Positions 59,301 through 64,000 of a DNA stretch of 64,000 bases are shown here, in pieces. The translations under genes were made by a program, and so were the position numbers. The DNA comes from an uncultured cyanobacterium. GTDB lineage: Bacteria; Cyanobacteriota; Cyanobacteriia; Pseudanabaenales; Pseudanabaenaceae. The stretch spans positions 2,432,001-2,496,000 of the forward strand of contig OY969811.1 in the NCBI GenBank assembly GCA_963703315.1, in the 5' to 3' direction. The notes below the pieces were generated by a model. The model did not search any database and was not told where the DNA came from. It saw nothing but the letters and a program-made list of their open reading frames with translations. Each line of letters opens with the position of its first letter. The first letter of the stretch is position 1.

Positions 59301-60796
59301 ATGCTGGAAAACTCTCAATCACATCCAACTCACTACATTTACTCAATGGCGCTCAAATTGGCGCGAGTGTATTTGGCAAAGGCACTGGTGGTCAAGTTGT
59401 CATCAGTTCTGACACAATTAAGCTAGAAGGAAAAGGTTTGGTATTTGGTCAAGATGTACCTACTGGCATATTCACGTCAGTGGAAGATAATGCGATCGGT
59501 AATGCAGGTAGTTTAGATGTTAGGACTCGTAACCTTGAGATATTAAATGGTGCGATTATTGGCGCAACAACAGAAGGACTAGGCAACGCAGGAAAAATTG
59601 CAATTCGGGCTAGTGATGCAATCTCTTTAAATAATGGGTCAATCCGCAGTAATGTTGGCACAACTGGTCAAGGGGATGGTGGTAGTTTAGAGATTTTTGC
59701 CAACAAACTACAGATTGCTAATCAATCGATTTTAAGCGCCTCAACTGCTAGCGCCAATAGTGGTGGCAATATCACAGTTACTTCTAAGAGTTTGGAAATT
59801 GCTAGCGGTTCCCAATTGCGAACTACGACCTCTAGTAGCGGCTCAGCAGGTAATATCTCTCTATTTCTCACGGATTTATTACAAATAGATGGTACAGATA
59901 GTGGCATTTTTGCTGGTACTACAGCTACTTCCACAGGTCAAAGCGGTACAATTTTTATCGATCCTGAACTTGTCACTTTGACCAATGGTGCCAAGATTTC
60001 TGTGAGTAGTCTCGGTAAAGGTAATGGCGGTAATATTGAGCTAATTGCTGGTTTACTATCGTTGAATGGTGGCTCTCAAATTAGTGCCGAAACCGCGAGT
60101 GGTGAAGGAGGAAATATTGTTTTACGAGTAAGAGACTTATTGTGGTTGAGAAATGGCAGTCTTATTAGCGCTACGGCTGGGAATGATGGCAATGGCGGCA
60201 ATATTGACTTAAATGCCAATTTCATCTTGGCGTTCCCCAAAGAAAACAGTGATATTATTGCCAATGCTTTTAAAGGAAAAGGTGGCAATATCAAAATTAC
60301 TACCCAAGCAATTTTTGGATTGCAATTTCGTCCCCGTTTGACTCCTTTAAGTGATATTACGGCAAGTTCAGACTTCGGGGTAAATGGAACAGTTAATATT
60401 AATACCCCAGGGGTTGACCCTAGCAAAGGGCTAACTAATTTACCAGTAGATATTAGTGATGCAAGCAAACTTGTTACGCAAAAATGTTTAGCCGATCGCC
60501 AAGGTAGTACATTTGTAATTACAGGACGTGGTGGGATTCCTGCTAGTCCAGTGGATGTAATTAGTGGTAATAACTTACAAGAAAATGTGGGTACAACAAC
60601 TAATCAAGTCACAAGTAAATCTAACCAATCTACTAATCAAAAGGCTAATCGCGATCGCTTACCAGATCGCATTGTTGAAGCACAAGGATGGGTTGTTGGC
60701 GATCGCGGGCAAATTTCTTTGATTGCTAAAGTTCTTGCTAGTCCAGCACCAATTTGGTCATCTCAACCTAAATGTATATCCATTTCAAGTAAGTAA
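56345..60796 (+). CDS. Filamentous haemagglutinin N-terminal (TPS) domain beta-helix exoprotein
   Basis: Signal peptide, FHSFQNFSV, RVTG..SSIDG, NPNGIVFG, G(N/D)AG.I repeats, SDITASS..GVNG.V, TGRGGIP, IVEAQGW. Confidence 0.92.
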   Translation: MMKQKIQSAIVVSVCSMIGLSFLSDVSLAQNAIAPDSTLPVNTLVNFDSASQTYTITGGTQSGANQFHSFQNFSVPTSNTAHFNNSAQTANIIGRVTGSNSSSIDGILRANGAANLYLINPNGIVFGQNAKLEIGGSFSASTAKSIKFADGSEFSATNPQTPPVLTVNVPLGLQYGTSNTGATITNRGNLFAGQDLVLNGDKLDLQGTLQAGRDLTLQAQDRIQIRDTSTNTFVAAAGRHLLVQGNQAVDIFALNNSQSGLFSGGNMLLRSPNSVIGDAHYYAGGNFKIEQLDGSLGNLESPNDPIIRSAGDVTFGIYVGSSLHILAGGRVNIDTIFITGADTTGNTINPTSTPTLSNVTLSNGKTLTINGSTQPTVDIRAGMNPSDIGASGITGTLSTNYFNCVFFGANCFYNSFPFPTFPPSTSQSATGSGITIGDIKVNSPNGIVLLTNNYKPNLALANEDIVITGAGSFGYQGIDTFSDTGNSGSIFVDSRRSIELTKNIFTFSTAASGIGGNVTLLANNDIRFGDNAVINANALFLGGQIDLKANGIISGQGISILSRSVESAIAGNSGDINITAGSLSLKNSSANPSVISTSTSGKANAGNITLNITGDATLAGVVNNFPTQIISNVSLTTTDNADATGNAGFVKVSAGNLKLQNGAQINSVTAALGQSGDMDISANTISIDGLGSGINNQTLITSQAHGGKLTINTGSLTVTNEGQLSTITSGKGNAGELKIIATGDVIFDRSSASSAINFSGIGQGGNLSITARSLQLLNGSQINAAIFGQGNGGKITVTTDSIAISGSGVLFGENLSSAIATALQASTSIGNAGDIDLKTRILNLGSGTFISAANNGKGNTGNIDIVATESIFLNNSNIDNFISTTGQGNGGNLTINSPSISLSNKAKLSVQTAGIGNAGNLNLFTQSLSLTDNSQLQAFTDGIGNAGNITIAPINTLLNPNAKPNNMVRIDGSIVSVDVNTNGQGNAGKLSITSNSLHLLNGAQIGASVFGKGTGGQVVISSDTIKLEGKGLVFGQDVPTGIFTSVEDNAIGNAGSLDVRTRNLEILNGAIIGATTEGLGNAGKIAIRASDAISLNNGSIRSNVGTTGQGDGGSLEIFANKLQIANQSILSASTASANSGGNITVTSKSLEIASGSQLRTTTSSSGSAGNISLFLTDLLQIDGTDSGIFAGTTATSTGQSGTIFIDPELVTLTNGAKISVSSLGKGNGGNIELIAGLLSLNGGSQISAETASGEGGNIVLRVRDLLWLRNGSLISATAGNDGNGGNIDLNANFILAFPKENSDIIANAFKGKGGNIKITTQAIFGLQFRPRLTPLSDITASSDFGVNGTVNINTPGVDPSKGLTNLPVDISDASKLVTQKCLADRQGSTFVITGRGGIPASPVDVISGNNLQENVGTTTNQVTSKSNQSTNQKANRDRLPDRIVEAQGWVVGDRGQISLIAKVLASPAPIWSSQPKCISISSK

Positions 60797-60862
60797 TATA
60801 AATCAAAAAGTATGCAATTAGTTATTTAAAGTTACTTAGTTAGTTATTTAAAGTTATTTATA

Positions 60863-60953
60863 TATAGCAATCCTAAATGTTTTGTGTAAGAGCGCTCCTT
60901 TGGAGCGCTCTTACACAAAACTAAAAATCTACAAATGATTTAGGACTGCTATA
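60863..60953. mobile_element. MITE-like element, family E
   Basis: tatagcaatcctaaat...atttaggactgctata terminal IRs with gagcgctcc-ttt-ggagcgctc hairpin. Confidence 0.68.
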
Positions 60954-61104
60954 TTAATAGATATTTTATAATGCTAAGCATAAATGCTGAATGTATTAAA
61001 TTTTATATATTTTTTGATATTTGAATACAGATATATTATTTTTATATATTTATAATATTTAAAAGATTGGCAATCACTCTCATAAAAATATTGAAGGAGC
61101 AGCA

Positions 61105-64000
61105 ATGGCTAGATTTTGGTTAGAGAATAAGAAACTGCTAGCTTACATACTTGTAAGTGTCACCTCGTTGTGTACTTGTTTCCCTAAAGCTAGCCTTGCT
61201 CAAAATGCGATCGCACCAGATAACACTCTTCCCGTCAATACATTAGTCAACTTTGACAGTGCAACTAAGACCTACACAATCACAGGTGGAACGCAGGCTG
61301 GAACAAATCAGTTTCATAGTTTTCAAGATTTCTCAGTTCCCACTGAAAATACTACTCATTTTAATAACTCCCTAACAACGACTAATGTAATCGGGCGAGT
61401 AACTGGCTCAAACATCTCAAATATTGATGGCACATTAAGAACCAATGGAGCAGCAAATTTATATCTAGTTAACCCTAACGGTATTATTTTTGGGGCAAAT
61501 GCCAAATTAGACATTGCTGGCTCATTTAGTGCTAGCACTGCTAACAGCATCAAGTTCTCTGATGGTAGCGAGTTTAGTGCGACGAATCCCCAAGCACCAC
61601 CATTATTACAAGTAAATGTGCCACTGGGTTTACAGTATGGCAATAGTAACGCAGGAGCAACGATTGTCAATCGGGGGAATCTCTCGGCGGGGCAAGATTT
61701 AGTTCTCAATGCCGATAAGTTAGATTTGCAAGGAACTTTGCGATCGGGGCGAGATTTGACATTTCAAGCTCAGGATTCAGTGAAGATTCGGGATACTGTT
61801 ACTAATCCATTTATTGCCACCTCTGCCAGAGACATGAAGATTCAGGGCAATCAGAACATCGATATCTTTGTTCTTAATAACCCCTTAACTCAGATATTGA
61901 GTGGCAGAAACTTAGGTTTAGTCAGCGATGGTGAAATTTCTGGCGATGCTCATTTTTCAAGTGCTGGTAATCTTTCCTTTAGCACGACAATGGGAGGATA
62001 TGCCAACTTCATTAGTAAGTATGATCCAATCATTTATGCTAATGGTGATGTGACATTTGGAAACTATAGTGGTGCATCCCTCAAGATAGAAGCAACAGGG
62101 AGCATTCAAGGTGGGGATATTACCATTACATCTCCTGACACTTCTGGAGCAATTCCAGTAAACGATCCAGATTTTACAGCGTTAACAACTCTTCCGTCTG
62201 TGATTTTGAGAGCAGGTGTTGCTTCTGTCTCCAATAATATTCCCCAAACTACAGGAGGTACAACTTTCTCTTCCTCTAATTTAGGGAATCCAGTAGGAAA
62301 AATTACAGTTGGAAATGTAGATACATCATCATATACAGCAAACGGTGGTTTGATTGAATTTACTGCGACTAATGACATTACCGCAAATAGCCTTAGCTCA
62401 TATTCTTCTTCCGCAAATGCTGGAAATATTAAGCTCACAAGTACTAATGGCAAGATTACAGTCAATAATTCCATTAATGCAAGTACAGGATATAACGCTA
62501 GTCAGGGAGGTGAAGTCAACTTAAATGCTGATGGCGATATCATCACCAATGGCATCAGATCTGACGGTGGTACGGGTGGAAAGAGTGGAGATATTAGGCT
62601 AGAAAGCACTACAGGCACGATAAACATTAATGGCACGATCAATTCTAGTAATTATGCGACTGATGTAGATACTCGTGGCGGCGATATTAGTATTTTTGCT
62701 TGGGGTGGAGCGATTAATATTGGAAATAATGTTAGTTTGAATGCAAAATCGGTAGGTAGTAATATTGCAGGTAACATTACACTTAATGCTCAAGGAGATA
62801 TTAACTTTGGGCTTTCTTCTGAAGTACTTTCCCAAAGTAACAACAGTACTTCTACTAACACTTTTGCTTTTAGTGCTGTAAGATTAACATCAGTTGATGG
62901 TTCGATAACTTTAGACAAGGCAAAAATAAGCGCTGAAAATCTTCATGCTGATAGGGATTCAGGTGATGTTTTTATTGAAGCGGGCAAAAATGTTGTTATA
63001 AAAAATGGTAGCACAGTTGTTAGTAATGGAAATTATGGAAGAATTTTTATTACTGGTGGTACATCTGTTGCTAACTCTTTAGTAGAAGTTCTAGATTCTA
63101 CCCTCACTACTGCAAATCCATTTACCACTAATAAAAACACAATTAAAATTGAATTTGGATCTGCCTCATCAAACAATGGAACTATTAATCTTAAAAATTC
63201 GACATTAACTTCTCTGATTTCTGGGAACGCAATTCGAGCTTTACCTTCTTCTGGTGAAATTATTATTTCTGGCAACCTTATTAATATAGATAATAGCCAG
63301 ATTATTTTTGATACAGAGTCTGCGGGCAATGCTGGCACAATTGAGATTAAAAGCTCAAACAACAATGATATTAATATTACTAATAATAGCCTTGTTTCCT
63401 CTACTTCAAGTAGTTTAGGGAATTCTGGGAATATTATATTAAATGCTAACAAATTAACTCTCGATAACTCTACTCTATCTACATCTACTTCAGGTAGTGG
63501 AATCGGTGGCAGCATTACGATTACTGCACCTCAGTCTGTGACAATCAGTAGTAATGGAAAGATTACTGCTGAGACATCTGGAAGTGCTAATGGTGGTGCG
63601 ATTGAACTTAATACTCAAGTACTCAACCTTCAAAATGGCTCTCAAATATCTGCTTCTACAGACTCTACAAATAGTAGTGTTTTGGGAGGGAATGTATTAG
63701 TCAACGCTTCAACTTTGACGCTGACTCAAGGAAGTAGCATTAAAGCAGATACCTCGTCTGCTGCACAAGGCGGAAGTTTAACTTTTAATCCTTACAATAG
63801 TGACCAAACACTAATATTTACTTTTGCTGATGATTCACTAATATCCACATCTTCTACATTGGTTGCAACTGGGAAAGGAGGTGACATTAAAGTTACAGCG
63901 CCACAATCAATAACATTAAATGGTAATGGCGCGATCGCTGCGGAGACATCTGGAAGTGGTAATGGCGGCAAGATTGAAATTAATACTCAAGTACTCACAC
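61105..64000 (+). CDS. Second filamentous haemagglutinin-type exoprotein (3' end beyond window; absent from ORF track)
   Basis: AAGGAG RBS, ATG 61105, MARFWLENKK...ASLAQNAIAPDNTLPVN...NPNGIIFG; N-terminal ~230 aa paralogous to 56345 gene. Confidence 0.88.
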   Translation, partial: MARFWLENKKLLAYILVSVTSLCTCFPKASLAQNAIAPDNTLPVNTLVNFDSATKTYTITGGTQAGTNQFHSFQDFSVPTENTTHFNNSLTTTNVIGRVTGSNISNIDGTLRTNGAANLYLVNPNGIIFGANAKLDIAGSFSASTANSIKFSDGSEFSATNPQAPPLLQVNVPLGLQYGNSNAGATIVNRGNLSAGQDLVLNADKLDLQGTLRSGRDLTFQAQDSVKIRDTVTNPFIATSARDMKIQGNQNIDIFVLNNPLTQILSGRNLGLVSDGEISGDAHFSSAGNLSFSTTMGGYANFISKYDPIIYANGDVTFGNYSGASLKIEATGSIQGGDITITSPDTSGAIPVNDPDFTALTTLPSVILRAGVASVSNNIPQTTGGTTFSSSNLGNPVGKITVGNVDTSSYTANGGLIEFTATNDITANSLSSYSSSANAGNIKLTSTNGKITVNNSINASTGYNASQGGEVNLNADGDIITNGIRSDGGTGGKSGDIRLESTTGTININGTINSSNYATDVDTRGGDISIFAWGGAINIGNNVSLNAKSVGSNIAGNITLNAQGDINFGLSSEVLSQSNNSTSTNTFAFSAVRLTSVDGSITLDKAKISAENLHADRDSGDVFIEAGKNVVIKNGSTVVSNGNYGRIFITGGTSVANSLVEVLDSTLTTANPFTTNKNTIKIEFGSASSNNGTINLKNSTLTSLISGNAIRALPSSGEIIISGNLINIDNSQIIFDTESAGNAGTIEIKSSNNNDINITNNSLVSSTSSSLGNSGNIILNANKLTLDNSTLSTSTSGSGIGGSITITAPQSVTISSNGKITAETSGSANGGAIELNTQVLNLQNGSQISASTDSTNSSVLGGNVLVNASTLTLTQGSSIKADTSSAAQGGSLTFNPYNSDQTLIFTFADDSLISTSSTLVATGKGGDIKVTAPQSITLNGNGAIAAETSGSGNGGKIEINTQVLT

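Larger units (their letters stand above)
1..64000. repeat. HIP1 octamer GCGATCGC dispersed throughout
   Basis: Dozens of exact GCGATCGC sites in coding and intergenic DNA; sparse in 27061-31405 and in the MmeI-like gene. Confidence 0.95.

Noticed and set aside
60818..60862. Short AT-rich tandem repeat (tagttatttaaagtta)
   Set aside because: Two imperfect units only; no evidence of function
56564..63515. Numerous antisense ORFs over the haemagglutinin genes, and similar shadow ORFs elsewhere in the track
   Set aside because: They overlap well-supported genes and reflect codon bias of the sense strand

Overview
Chromosomal window from a cyanobacterium, probably Pseudanabaena-like (inferred from abundant HIP1 GCGATCGC and a linker-less cpcBAEF operon). 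It is mostly housekeeping genes (potD/potA, upp, trpD, cpcBAEF, glyQ, cobN, argH, hemF, livF, pgeF, alpha-carbonic anhydrase, adenylate cyclase, rlpA, two filamentous-haemagglutinin-type proteins). Intergenic spaces are packed with ~100-bp hairpin MITE-like elements. There are two accessory patches. The first is a ~4.6-kb insert at the cobN 3' end carrying an NTPase-TPR gene split by an IS1 element. The second is a small defence island (Uma2, three PIN-type toxin-antitoxin pairs, an MmeI-like restriction-modification enzyme). The most striking signal is a family of G/C-rich palindromic repeats inserted in frame inside the MmeI-like gene (about 7 copies) and cobN (3 copies). In the MmeI-like gene they bracket an inserted DUF559 endonuclease domain. 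At both loci the strand composition (G/T versus A/C) flips sharply across the repeats, suggesting a nuclease-plus-repeat mobile system that leaves a local mutational footprint. All calls come from reading the sequence; no database searches were run.
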